Virus record (IMG/VR): IMGVR_UViG_3300049927_000065
Coordinates: 1 to 46,066 of that record
Reading direction: 5' to 3' (one strand)
Source: a virus
DNA length: 46,066 bases
Shown here: one piece after another, positions 1 to 8,552 of the stretch
Position numbering within the stretch: the first letter of the stretch is position 1
Layout of the letters: each line of letters opens with the position of its first letter
Translations under genes and position numbers: made by a program
Notes under the pieces: model-generated
Told to the model about the DNA's origin: nothing
The model's input: the letters and a program-made list of their open reading frames with translations, nothing else
Databases searched by the model: none

Positions 1-127
1 GGGTAAGACCATCACCGTCATAAAAAAGTGAGGGTTTCCGCCAACACCATCATATAGGCCCCTTATACAAAATTTGATGTTGTTACACACTTATAAGTAG
101 AGTTAAATCTGATATGGGGTAAGACCA
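1..127. repeat. Terminal redundancy copy 1 (identical to 45940-46066)
   Basis: Read directly. Both window ends carry the same 127 nt (gggtaagaccatcaccgtcat...gatatggggtaagacca), 127/127 identical. Confidence 0.95.
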
Positions 128-131
128 TCAG
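117..131 (+). repeat. 15-bp direct repeat GGGGTAAGACCATCA (second copy at 45939-45953)
   Basis: Exact 15-mer present twice, 117 bp apart on the circle, inside an AT-rich intergenic spacer. Confidence 0.9.
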
Positions 132-171
132 AAAATCATGTGTACGACGCGCGCGCGAGGATCTTATCGGC

Positions 172-417
172 TCAGTTGTCATCATCAAGCATGACGAAGG
201 CATAGCCCCTCTTGAGGCCACCAGCAACCAGCTTGCCGGGCCATTTCAATTTTGCGGCAAGTTCCTCGGCTGCCTTCCGGTGTCCTTGCTCGATGGTTAA
301 TTCGTGCGGGTAGCTGATGGTGTGCCGGATGCCGCTTTCTGTCGTGGCGATGATGCGCCCGCCTTTGGTGTTGGTCGGCCCGGCATACTTCGTGGTTATC
401 GCTTGGTAGATGGTCAT
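172..417 (-). CDS. Small phage protein of unknown function (81 aa)
   Basis: Complete ORF. AGGAA lies upstream of the ATG (TGAGGCTAGGAACCAACC-ATG). The motif KYAGPTNTKGGRI recalls a recurrent small phage protein family with no known function. Confidence 0.6.
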   Translation of the reverse strand: MTIYQAITTKYAGPTNTKGGRIIATTESGIRHTISYPHELTIEQGHRKAAEELAAKLKWPGKLVAGGLKRGYAFVMLDDDN

Positions 418-487
418 GGTTGGTTCCTAGCCTCATCAGGCGTGGCATTATCCACACGACGGGCTTGCGCCCGTTTCGGCTTCAATT

Positions 488-718
488 TTAGCAGGGTTTA
501 CCGCATTGCTCGCAATCATCGCCATAGTGCGGCGCCCAGCACCACGGGCGGGATTGTTCTGGGATACCGTCACGCAGGTTTAAGATGAATGGCACCGCGC
601 CAGCTTTGGCGCATGCGTCGCACGTCACCTTATCATGGTAGTGCGCTTCGTAATACGCCAGCCCGATCTTGTTTTCCGTGCCAGCGTGGTTCATGCGTCG
701 GTAATAGGCCATTGTCAT
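488..718 (-). CDS. Cys-rich small protein (about 76 aa), possible zinc binder
   Basis: GGGAGGAT lies directly before ATG 718, with a second ATG at 712. Cysteine pairs are present (CDAC ... CEQCGKPC). I judged the upstream 58 codons of the 134-aa ORF non-coding. Confidence 0.55.
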   Translation of the reverse strand: MTMAYYRRMNHAGTENKIGLAYYEAHYHDKVTCDACAKAGAVPFILNLRDGIPEQSRPWCWAPHYGDDCEQCGKPC

Positions 719-906
719 ATCCTCCCTATGGCAATCGATATGCGAATGTAACTGCACCCCGTATAGTCGCGGTGAGCGGTTCCTAGCCTCACCTGTTTCG
801 CCGATCACAATGTGACTGCACCCCACATACACCACAAGCAGCATTATGTATACCCCGCCATGCGCCCAACGCATACCCCATATGTGTGTCATATAAGGTA
901 CACTGT

Positions 907-953
907 ATCCACCTCATGCATGTGGATTGCCATGGTCATCCACCTCATGCATG
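907..953. repeat. 16-bp direct repeat ATCCACCTCATGCATG x2 (907-922, 938-953)
   Basis: Exact 16-mers 31 bp apart in a non-coding region. The first copy is part of the palindrome ATCCAC-N9-GTGGAT. Confidence 0.85.
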
Positions 954-1112
954 GTGGCTCGTAGGGCGCCTGGCGGTCAGCGCCTACCTGTTGCCTGTAT
1001 GCCACAGTGTTGCTTAGAGACCGGGGGTGGGGGTCGGTCGGGATTGGCGCGCTCGCGGCTGCGGAGGGTGAATACCTGTTCGTGAGGTACACGGCCGGTT
1101 TCAGATCGGCCT

Positions 1113-1187
1113 ACCTAACCCAGTTAGTATTTTTTCGCTTGCCAGCGGTGGCGGCCTATGCTATATCTACCACACCTAACCCGGTTA
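1113..1187. promoter_or_regulatory. Two palindromic operator-like sites ACCTAACCCrGTTA (1113-1126, 1174-1187)
   Basis: 13/14 identical 14-mers. Each holds a TAAC(C)-N-(G)GTTA dyad, and together they bracket the candidate late promoter just upstream of terS. Confidence 0.45.
1139..1167 (+). promoter_or_regulatory. Sigma70-like promoter candidate for the structural operon
   Basis: TTGCCA (1139-1144), a 17-nt spacer, then TATATC (1162-1167). It lies 34 nt upstream of the terS start. Confidence 0.35.
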
Positions 1188-1200
1188 TGAGAGTAGCAGT

Positions 1201-1755
1201 GTGAGCATCCAAGACGAGAAAATGGGGCCGAAGATGGCGAAGCTGACGCCCAAAATGCGCGGCTTTGTGCTGGCGATCATGGCCCAAGGAGACCGCAATG
1301 CCACCCAGGCCGCGGCAACCGCCGGCTACTCCGCCAAGAGTCATGGTTCCTTGAAGGGGCAGGCTCATATGCTGTGGCACGACGAGCGCATACAGGAGGC
1401 CATCCATGAGGAAGCCCATAAACGGCTGAAAGGTCTTTTGCCTATGGCGGTGAATGTGGTAGCATCGATCATGGAGAACACACAGGAGGCCGGGGCCACG
1501 CGGCTGAAAGCGGCGACGATCACCATGGACCGCGCCGGCCTGCACGCGGTCAGCGAGAAGATCAACACCGATGGCGGCGTGGCTGACGACCCCGATCGGC
1601 TGAACCGCATCATGGCACTCGCGCGCGGCCTCAACATGCCTCTCGCCGACTTTATCGGTCAACGCCTGGCTCAGCGCCAGTTGGAGAAGCAGCCGGTGAT
1701 CACGGAGGCGGATTACGTCGAGACTTCGATCGAGGGCCTGGAGGGGTTGATATGA
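1201..1755 (+). CDS. terS: Terminase small subunit
   Basis: The motif LTPKMRGFVLAIMAQGDRNATQAAATAGYSAKS is the classic HTH of Terminase_2-type small subunits. The gene sits directly upstream of terL. The start is uncertain: GTG 1201, ATG 1222 or ATG 1234. Confidence 0.85.
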   Translation: MSIQDEKMGPKMAKLTPKMRGFVLAIMAQGDRNATQAAATAGYSAKSHGSLKGQAHMLWHDERIQEAIHEEAHKRLKGLLPMAVNVVASIMENTQEAGATRLKAATITMDRAGLHAVSEKINTDGGVADDPDRLNRIMALARGLNMPLADFIGQRLAQRQLEKQPVITEADYVETSIEGLEGLI

Positions 1756-1901
1756 CCGAGCGGGAAGCCCTCCAGCAGGAATACTACAAAGCCCGTCGCG
1801 AGCGCATGGCGGCGAAGGAATACTACGACGCGACGGTGTGCGAGGAACAACGATTGGCGCAGCGTATCTGGAAACTTCTGCGCCCGGCCGATGATGCCTG
1901 A
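1752..1901 (+). CDS. 49-aa micro-ORF between terS and terL
   Basis: Hand-translated as MTEREALQQEYYKARRERMAAKEYYDATVCEEQRLAQRIWKLLRPADDA. It has an ATGA overlap with the terS stop and overlaps the terL start by 11 nt. GC3 is about 73%. Confidence 0.45.
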   Translation: MTEREALQQEYYKARRERMAAKEYYDATVCEEQRLAQRIWKLLRPADDA

Positions 1902-3387
1902 TCTGTCGGCCCTCGCGGGCATGAGCGACGAGGAACTCGAACAGACCCTCATCGCGCTCACGGAGCACCGTAAGTTCAACTTGCTCGATTTCATTGAGCT
2001 GTACCCCCGCCAAAAAGAGTTTATGGCGATGGGCGCCCACAAGCAGGAACGGCTGTTCTTCGCTGGCAACCAGATGGGGAAGACCTTCTGCGGCGCCGCG
2101 GAGTGCGCGTACCATCTTACCGGATTGTACCCGGACTGGTGGGAAGGCAAACGCTTCGATCATCCGGTTCGTGCATGGGCCGGCGGCGTCAGTACGACTG
2201 CATGCCGGGAACAGGGCCAACGCCTCTTGTGTGGACCCCCGGGCATCGAAACAGGTTTTGGAACCGGGCTCATTCCGCGCCATCTGTTCGCCGACAAGCC
2301 GACGCTGGCGCGCGGGGCCGTGGCGGACGCTTACGATACTATCGCCGTTTGGCACCACATCAACGGTGTCCGTGACGGAATATCGACGCTCCAGTTCAAA
2401 TCCTATGAGCAAGGCCGTGAGAAATTCCAGGGAAGCACGCTGGATTTCATCTGGTGGGATGAAGAACCAAAGATGGAGATATACGTCGAGGGTAATGCCC
2501 GGTACACGGCAACCGGAGGCATGTCGTACCTGACGTTCACCCCGTTGCATGGCATGAGCACCGTGGTGGTGCGCTTCCTGCACGAGAGGGATGACCGGCG
2601 CGATTACCTCACGATGGGATATAAGGACGCCCTTCATATGACCCCGGAGAAGCTCGCCGACGCGATGGCGAAATACCCGGCGCACGAACACGACGCCCGC
2701 ATGAACGGCGCCCCCCTTCTGGGCTCTGGGCGTATCTTCATTGACAACGAAGCGACCTTCGTATACCCCGCAAGCCAGGTGATCCCGGACCACTGGCCAA
2801 AATTGTGGGGTGTCGACTTCGGCATCGAGCATCCCTTCGCGGCGGTCCTGATCGCATGGGATCGCGACCTTGACATCATCTACGTGATGCACACCTACCG
2901 CGCCGCCGGTGCCCTCCCCTTAGTCCACAGCGAGGCGCTGAGGGCGGTCTGCCCCGAGGCTCCAGTGGCGTGGCCGCACGACGGCAACACGCGCGTGGAG
3001 AACAAGCTGGGGGAGCTGGCGCCCCTCTACAAGAAGTTCGACCTCAGGATGCTTCCGAAGCACGCGCATTACAGCACCGGGGGATTTTCGACCGAGGCGG
3101 TGATCAAGGAACTCCAGCAGCGGTTCCAGTGTTCCGGCGGCCCCGGCGGTATCCGGGTGCGTGAAGACCTTGGCGACTTCTTCGAGGAATACCGCATGTA
3201 CCACCGCAAGGAAGGGTTGATCGTCAAGGAACGGGACGACATTCTCTCGGCGCTGATGAAGGCGGTCATGATGCGTCGCCATGCGCGGATCGTCACGATG
3301 GGCTATGCACCTCGTCCGCCGCGTGTCCGTCCGTCGCGTCCCGTGGGCGGCCGGATAAATCCATGGACAGGTCGAACAGAGTATTGA
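1891..3387 (+). CDS. terL: Terminase large subunit
   Basis: 498 aa. Walker A-like FFAGNQMGKTF, a DFIWWDEE Walker B-like motif, and a C-terminal nuclease-like half. Its position after terS fits. Confidence 0.9.
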   Translation: MMPDLSALAGMSDEELEQTLIALTEHRKFNLLDFIELYPRQKEFMAMGAHKQERLFFAGNQMGKTFCGAAECAYHLTGLYPDWWEGKRFDHPVRAWAGGVSTTACREQGQRLLCGPPGIETGFGTGLIPRHLFADKPTLARGAVADAYDTIAVWHHINGVRDGISTLQFKSYEQGREKFQGSTLDFIWWDEEPKMEIYVEGNARYTATGGMSYLTFTPLHGMSTVVVRFLHERDDRRDYLTMGYKDALHMTPEKLADAMAKYPAHEHDARMNGAPLLGSGRIFIDNEATFVYPASQVIPDHWPKLWGVDFGIEHPFAAVLIAWDRDLDIIYVMHTYRAAGALPLVHSEALRAVCPEAPVAWPHDGNTRVENKLGELAPLYKKFDLRMLPKHAHYSTGGFSTEAVIKELQQRFQCSGGPGGIRVREDLGDFFEEYRMYHRKEGLIVKERDDILSALMKAVMMRRHARIVTMGYAPRPPRVRPSRPVGGRINPWTGRTEY

Positions 3388-3516
3388 CACGTAAGTCGAA
3401 GTGTGCGATATATGTCGAGCTCCGTTCCTCCTGCGGGGCGGGTGGGTGTGCGCCTTTGCTCCTCGCGGTGCGGCGCCGGGCAGGATTTCATTTCAGGGGG
3501 CAGGAGAGAACACCGC

Positions 3517-3990
3517 ATGGCGATGACCATTCTACCACGGGACGACCCGCGCTTCCCGAAGGGTGGCCCCGACCCGGAGAACGATCAGCTTTCCCGGCAG
3601 CAGCGCGCCCACGCAGCCAAGAAGGATGAGCGCGAGAAGTTCACTTCCGAGACCGTCAGCATCGCGGTCGGCCCAAAGGCGACCAAGATGGATGTTGTCC
3701 TTTGTTGGCCTAGTTCGGCGCGGATCGTCGAGGAAGCCGACCCCGAGGATGAACTCGGCAATGTGCGGCGGTCGCGCATCTGGACCGGCGGCAAATACAT
3801 CTTCGCAGTGTACGCCAACAATCTGCCATGGCACGCGGCCGACCGGGCCGAATGGGAAGCCGGCGCCCGAAACGCGATCGAGAAATTCGCCGCGATCCGC
3901 GGCCTCACGATCACCAGCGGCCCCCGGCAGGAAGATACGAATAGATACAACATCATGGCCGAAACGCGGGAGGAAATCCGTGACCACTGA
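3517..3990 (+). CDS. Hypothetical protein (157 aa)
   Basis: ATG 3517 is preceded by GGGGGCAGGAGAG. No motif recognised. Confidence 0.6.
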   Translation: MAMTILPRDDPRFPKGGPDPENDQLSRQQRAHAAKKDEREKFTSETVSIAVGPKATKMDVVLCWPSSARIVEEADPEDELGNVRRSRIWTGGKYIFAVYANNLPWHAADRAEWEAGARNAIEKFAAIRGLTITSGPRQEDTNRYNIMAETREEIRDH

Positions 3991-4213
3991 GGAGAAGCTC
4001 AAGGCCGCGACCTTAGAAGCGATGGCGGAAGCGGAAGCCATCAGAAACGCCTCGGACAAAGTGGTTTCGTTGACCCCCTCACCGGACGGCATCGTCGCCC
4101 TGACGGCGAGCGGCCGGATGTTCCTGCGCGCCACGGACCCGAACCACTACAACGACGGCCGCACCACCCGAAAGTTCCGGTGGACCTTAGTTGAGGGACC
4201 GCTCGGCGCTTGA
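3980..4213 (+). CDS. Hypothetical protein (77 aa)
   Basis: GTG 3980 is preceded by GGGAGGA. It is in frame with the tail of ORF 3563..4213, and its stop overlaps the portal start (TTGA). Confidence 0.5.
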   Translation: MTTEEKLKAATLEAMAEAEAIRNASDKVVSLTPSPDGIVALTASGRMFLRATDPNHYNDGRTTRKFRWTLVEGPLGA

Positions 4214-5979
4214 GCTACGACATATATCAGGGCGATACGGGGGACGATGGCGAAGTAGTCGCGTATCTTATGCGGCTGTTCTCGTCCGCTCGTCTGCAAA
4301 GGTCGGGCTTCGAGCCACAGTGGGAAGAAGCTGCGTCGATGTATTGGCCAGAGTACCGGGGGAGCTTTTCCTTCGGCAATATCCGGGCGCAGGGCGCGAA
4401 ATACTCTCAATATCAGGTCGACAGCACTGGTTCGCTCATGGCGTTCCGGTTTATGGCGATCTACGATGCGCTGGTGACGCCGTTTAATAGCCTATGGTCC
4501 GAAGTTCGGGCTGTTGACCCATATCTGCGCAAGCAGAAGGGGGTAAGGGGATACTATCAGGAGATCTCAAACGTAGTCTGGGGCGAACGTTACCGCCCCG
4601 TCGCCAATTTCCAGGCGCAGAACCAGCAAAACGGTCATGCGCTGGGCGTTTTTGGCAATATGGGGATGTTTGTCGAAGCTCTCGACCCTCGGCCGGGCGT
4701 CTATGCGAAGGGTTTGTCCTACACGTCGACCAGTCCTGGCGAAATCTATCCCCTACAGAACCGGCAGGGCCGGATCGACGGATATATCCGGTCGATACAG
4801 TGGACCGCCCGCGAGGCGTTCGGCAGATGGCCGGCAATCGCGACCAATCCCGAATATCAGACGTTGAAAGCGGCACTTGAGAAGGGCGACGTTTTCACCA
4901 AGTTCAATTTTCTCGAATTCGTCATCCCTCGCACCGATTACGACCCGTACAAGATTTTCTCGACGCAATCGAAGCCGTGGTCGAGTACCTACGTGAGCGT
5001 CACGGGCAACTGCATCATGGAGCAGAATGGCTACTATTCGTTCCCGATGCCGGTGGGGCGGTACATACAAGCCCCCGGTGAATGGCTTGGTCGGGGACCG
5101 GGGCAAATCTCCCTCGCCACCGGCAAGACCATCAATGCTGTCATGGAGGCCTACCTCCGCACGAGCGTTGAGGCGGGTGATCCATCCTATTTGCTGCCGG
5201 AAGACAAGCTGTTCGATTTCCAACGGGGCGCCGGCAAGGACATCTTCGGTGGCGTGAACGACGACGGCCGCCCGATGGTCGCGGTTAAGCCGCAGGGCGA
5301 GATACAGCTCACTGAGGATACCCTTGTCAGACTGACGAAGGTTCAGGCGGGCATCTGGCTCAATGATCTGTTTCCCCTCCTGTTCGAACAGAAAGGGCCG
5401 CAACGCGGCGCCCGCGAGGTTGTCGAAATGGCAATCCAGCAAGGCATCTTCCTGTCCCCGCTCGCTCGCCAGTACACCGAGTATTGCGGTCCCCTGGTGG
5501 ACCGGGAAATCGATTTGCTGGCCCGCATGGGTAAGTTCGACCGCATCCCGGTTCCTGGGATCATAAAGGAAGCCGGGAACGAATACGAGCACCTGTTTAC
5601 CTCGCCCCTGGCCCAGGCACTCGATATGCCGGCGGTCGGCGGCTTTATGCGGACGGTCGATCTGGCCGCGCAGATTTCGCAGGCGCAGGGCGGAGATCGG
5701 TCGGTGTTCTACCATTTCGCGTTCGGCCGTGCTCTGCCCGCCATCGCCGCCAACCAGCGCGCGCCGGAAGACTGGATGAGCACCGACAAGGAAGTTGCTG
5801 CGCAGCAGAAGGCCGCCGCGCAGGAGAAGCAGCGAGACGATTACGTCAAGTCGCTGCCGGGGCTCGCGGCGCAGGAGAAGGCGCGGGCGATTACAGCCAA
5901 GGCGCAGACCGGCGGCAACATCGGTGGCACGCTGTCAGGCACACCCGAGGGCGGCATGCCCATGATGCCGGGACAATGA
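4210..5979 (+). CDS. Portal (head-to-tail connector) protein
   Basis: 589 aa, placed between the terminase and the scaffold/capsid genes in a T7-like virion module. The C-terminal tail is charged and Ala/Gln/Lys-rich. Confidence 0.8.
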   Translation: MSYDIYQGDTGDDGEVVAYLMRLFSSARLQRSGFEPQWEEAASMYWPEYRGSFSFGNIRAQGAKYSQYQVDSTGSLMAFRFMAIYDALVTPFNSLWSEVRAVDPYLRKQKGVRGYYQEISNVVWGERYRPVANFQAQNQQNGHALGVFGNMGMFVEALDPRPGVYAKGLSYTSTSPGEIYPLQNRQGRIDGYIRSIQWTAREAFGRWPAIATNPEYQTLKAALEKGDVFTKFNFLEFVIPRTDYDPYKIFSTQSKPWSSTYVSVTGNCIMEQNGYYSFPMPVGRYIQAPGEWLGRGPGQISLATGKTINAVMEAYLRTSVEAGDPSYLLPEDKLFDFQRGAGKDIFGGVNDDGRPMVAVKPQGEIQLTEDTLVRLTKVQAGIWLNDLFPLLFEQKGPQRGAREVVEMAIQQGIFLSPLARQYTEYCGPLVDREIDLLARMGKFDRIPVPGIIKEAGNEYEHLFTSPLAQALDMPAVGGFMRTVDLAAQISQAQGGDRSVFYHFAFGRALPAIAANQRAPEDWMSTDKEVAAQQKAAAQEKQRDDYVKSLPGLAAQEKARAITAKAQTGGNIGGTLSGTPEGGMPMMPGQ

Positions 5980-6176
5980 TGGTAACATTCCGTATCGACC
6001 GGCACTACAATAAGGGCAATGCCCCCGGCGGTCATGTCATCGGCGATCTGGCCTTTGCCTGTCCTATTCCGTGCGCGGCTATCCAGTTGCGTATCGGCCA
6101 GGAAGAAGTGTGGTTGACCCGCGACGAAGCGATGGAAGTGGCAGATGCCTTGCGTAACGCCGTGGTGGACGCATGA
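5976..6176 (+). CDS. Hypothetical protein (66 aa)
   Basis: ATGA overlap with the portal stop, indicating translational coupling. Confidence 0.55.
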   Translation: MMVTFRIDRHYNKGNAPGGHVIGDLAFACPIPCAAIQLRIGQEEVWLTRDEAMEVADALRNAVVDA

Positions 6177-6355
6177 CGGCAGAGCCAGATTTCTCGGCCT
6201 TCGTTGACTTCAAGGACCATGACGCGGTGTGGATCGCCTGCGATGAAATGTATGGTCAGGGCGCCGTTGTCGTCAGCGCCACTCCCTGCTCCGACAGGGG
6301 CCGGGATATCGTCCTCATTCGCGGTTGGAGGGTGAGCCCTTATGACCATCGCTGA
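6173..6355 (+). CDS. Hypothetical protein (60 aa)
   Basis: ATGA overlap with the upstream ORF. Confidence 0.5.
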   Translation: MTAEPDFSAFVDFKDHDAVWIACDEMYGQGAVVVSATPCSDRGRDIVLIRGWRVSPYDHR

Positions 6356-6677
6356 CCGCCGGGTCAACCTTCGCAAGATCGCGCGTCGGGTCTTCGGCCA
6401 GGAAGTCGAGGTCGATCTTCCCGCCCAGCGCAACGCCTTCCGGGCCGCGTTCAGCTCCCCCGCTGGCAAACGGCACATGCTGCCAGACATACTCGAGTAT
6501 ACGGGTGTCCTTAAACCGGCGCCCATGCACGGCGACGTTTACGCGCAGGGCCGCGTGCAGGGCCGCCGCGACGTCGGCCTGCACATCCTCGAACACCTCA
6601 ATCTACAGCCGGTTGACCTGTACGCAATCCTAAAGGGCCAACCGATTATCAAGCCCGAAGATTTCACCAACGACTAG
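6342..6677 (+). CDS. Hypothetical head-module protein (111 aa)
   Basis: GGAGGGTGAGCCCTT-ATG. Sits between portal and scaffold. Confidence 0.6.
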   Translation: MTIADRRVNLRKIARRVFGQEVEVDLPAQRNAFRAAFSSPAGKRHMLPDILEYTGVLKPAPMHGDVYAQGRVQGRRDVGLHILEHLNLQPVDLYAILKGQPIIKPEDFTND

Positions 6678-6691
6678 CACAGGAGACAACG

Positions 6692-7516
6692 ATGCCCGAT
6701 CCGACTTGGTTCTCAACGCTCGATGCGGACACGCAGGCGCACATCACCGGCAAGGGATGGGAGAAGCTCGAACCCGCTGCCGCCGCCGCCGAGGCGTCCA
6801 AGGCGCACCTCGCCGCGCAGAAGTTCATCGGCGTTCCCGCCGAGCAGTTGCTCAAGCTGCCGAAGGACGCTGCCGACCCCACCTTTCAGGCGGCCTACGA
6901 TCGCATCTTTGGCATGGTCACGCCGACCACGGCGGACGCTTACAAGTTTGATGGGGTCAAGTTCAAGGACGGTTCCGAACTCGACGCCGGGGACGTGGAC
7001 TTTGTTCGCAACCTCGCGGTGAAGTTCAAGCTCCCGACTACGGTTGCCGCGGGTATTGCCGCCGATCTGGCCGCGCGCTCGGACACCGCCGATGGGGAAG
7101 CTGCGGCCGCGGTCGAGACAACCAAGGCGGCGAACAACGCCTATCTGCGCGCGGCCTACGGGGCCGATCATGACTTCAAATTGTTCGGGGCGCAGCGCGC
7201 CGTCGAGGCCAGCGGCCTTCCGGCGTCGATCCTCGATCACATCATGACGCTGCCCCAGGAGGAGTATCGCAAAGGCGTGGATGCGCTCGTTGCCCTCGGG
7301 CAGCGCATGAACGAGGTGCCGATGCATCGAGGCACCGGGTCGCCAATCGTCGATCCGACCCTCGGATTGACCCCGGATGCCGCTGCCGAGCGCCTGAAAG
7401 CATTCACCACGGATGTTGGGCTGCGCGCCAAGTTTCTCGCGAACGATACCGAGACGGTGGCGAATTGGACGAAGCTGACCTCGATCATCGCGGGCGGCCG
7501 GGTGGCGCCGCGATGA
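6692..7516 (+). CDS. Putative scaffolding protein
   Basis: 274 aa, Ala/Asp/Lys-rich and apparently helical. Sits between portal and capsid as in T7 (gp9 position). Confidence 0.55.
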   Translation: MPDPTWFSTLDADTQAHITGKGWEKLEPAAAAAEASKAHLAAQKFIGVPAEQLLKLPKDAADPTFQAAYDRIFGMVTPTTADAYKFDGVKFKDGSELDAGDVDFVRNLAVKFKLPTTVAAGIAADLAARSDTADGEAAAAVETTKAANNAYLRAAYGADHDFKLFGAQRAVEASGLPASILDHIMTLPQEEYRKGVDALVALGQRMNEVPMHRGTGSPIVDPTLGLTPDAAAERLKAFTTDVGLRAKFLANDTETVANWTKLTSIIAGGRVAPR

Positions 7517-7713
7517 AGACGGTCATTCGGACCTTCGAGCCTGATTGGGCCTATCAGCACCCGAGCAGACAGGCAGACCCATACGAGCTTATCGGGATCG
7601 CGGTGGACCACCACGGCAAGGAGCTGTTTGTCACGGTGCAGGATAGCCCGTATATCATCGCGGGTGCCCTTGAAGCTATCGCATGCGCCATTCGGAGAAC
7701 TTGGATCATATGA
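7513..7713 (+). CDS. Hypothetical protein (66 aa)
   Basis: ATGA overlap with the scaffold stop at 7513-7516. Confidence 0.5.
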   Translation: MKTVIRTFEPDWAYQHPSRQADPYELIGIAVDHHGKELFVTVQDSPYIIAGALEAIACAIRRTWII

Positions 7714-8069
7714 CCGCCGGTCAGATTGTCTATGTGCAGGACCACCCATCCCGCACGCGATACATGCGGCAGATACAGCTTATCGCCGGGCTGATCACGC
7801 GTTCGACTGATTATTATGTCACGGCCGAGCATTGGGGACGGATCATCGCCGAGTTGGACGCACAGTACAGCGACGCGCTGATGGATCCGACAAAGCCGGC
7901 GCCGTGGAAGCCGCATCCCAACGAACCGTTCGTATTCGGGATGCACGACCCGAAATTGCGGGTCATCAACGCCGGCACGGATGACGAGAAGGTCGTTTGG
8001 TTGCTGAACGAGCATCCCGCGGCCGTGGCGGAATTTGGCGTGCGGCGCGATCGGCTAAGGACAGGCTGA
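7710..8069 (+). CDS. Hypothetical protein (119 aa)
   Basis: ATGA overlap at 7710-7713. An alternative start exists at 7683. Confidence 0.55.
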   Translation: MTAGQIVYVQDHPSRTRYMRQIQLIAGLITRSTDYYVTAEHWGRIIAELDAQYSDALMDPTKPAPWKPHPNEPFVFGMHDPKLRVINAGTDDEKVVWLLNEHPAAVAEFGVRRDRLRTG

Positions 8070-8248
8070 TGCCGAGCGTATCCGGTAAGCAACACAGGTT
8101 TTTCGCGATGGCTTCGACCCCGAAAGGTCGAGCGAAGATGCGGGCCGAGGGTAAGTCTCCGCCCCCGGCGGCGGTCGCCGCGGAGTACGTGGCCGCCGAC
8201 AAAGGGAGGCACTTTGGCAAAGCACGGAAGGGAAAGAACGATGGCTAA
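8069..8248 (+). CDS. Small basic protein, DUF3008-like (59 aa)
   Basis: TGATG overlap with the upstream stop. SGKQHRFFAMA...KG...GK resembles the DUF3008 pattern. Confidence 0.5.
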   Translation: MPSVSGKQHRFFAMASTPKGRAKMRAEGKSPPPAAVAAEYVAADKGRHFGKARKGKNDG

Positions 8249-8408
8249 AAAGTGGATTGCGGGGGCGATTAAACATCCGGGCGCCCTGACGCGCCAGGCG
8301 AAGGCCGCGGGTGAGAGCCCCATGAAATTCGCGCGGGAACACAAGGGCGATAGCGGCACCACCGGCAAGCGGGCGCGGCTCGCGCTCACTCTGCGAAAGA
8401 TGCACTGA
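8241..8408 (+). CDS. Small basic protein (55 aa)
   Basis: GGAAGGGAAAGAACG-ATG. The KKWIAGAIKHPGAL...TGKRARLALTLRK pattern recurs in small phage proteins. Confidence 0.55.
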   Translation: MAKKWIAGAIKHPGALTRQAKAAGESPMKFAREHKGDSGTTGKRARLALTLRKMH

Positions 8409-8417
8409 AAAAGATCG

Positions 8418-8448
8418 TTGACATATGAGCCACACTGTGCTTTATATG
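8418..8448 (+). promoter_or_regulatory. Sigma70-like promoter candidate upstream of the major capsid gene
   Basis: TTGACA (8418-8423) followed after 17-19 nt by TTTATATG. It lies in a 144-nt gap before the capsid gene. Confidence 0.4.
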
Positions 8449-8552
8449 AGACATTCGGTCCACAACCCTTGGAGGGGGCGGACCTAGCATAGGCCCCCGG
8501 AAATGGACAAGGCTGGCACGAAGTCGGTCAACCAATTCAGAGGATCGGGTCG

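Noticed and set aside
1-131. The 15-bp direct repeats as attL/attR-type prophage borders, or the window as an integrated prophage.
   Set aside because: There is no integrase, excisionase or repressor gene. Both repeats lie within one intergenic spacer of a circularly closed genome, and there is no flanking host sequence.
488-892. The full 134-aa version of the Cys-rich ORF, and ORFs 889..1092 (-) and 1007..1204 (+) in the control region.
   Set aside because: The only good SD (GGGAGGAT) precedes the internal ATG at 718/712. The upstream parts are full of repeats and palindromes, so I interpret them as regulatory DNA.
1156-2892. A 578-aa ORF antisense to terS/terL. Similar long antisense or alternative-frame ORFs include 42871..44244, 12050..13111, 4753..5715, 8844..9569, 9410..10252, 19862..20545 and 27651..28403.
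   Set aside because: Stop codons are rare off-frame in a ~63% GC genome. These ORFs lie opposite genes with clear motifs, lack ribosome-binding sites, and translate to Arg/Gly/Pro-rich low-complexity sequence.
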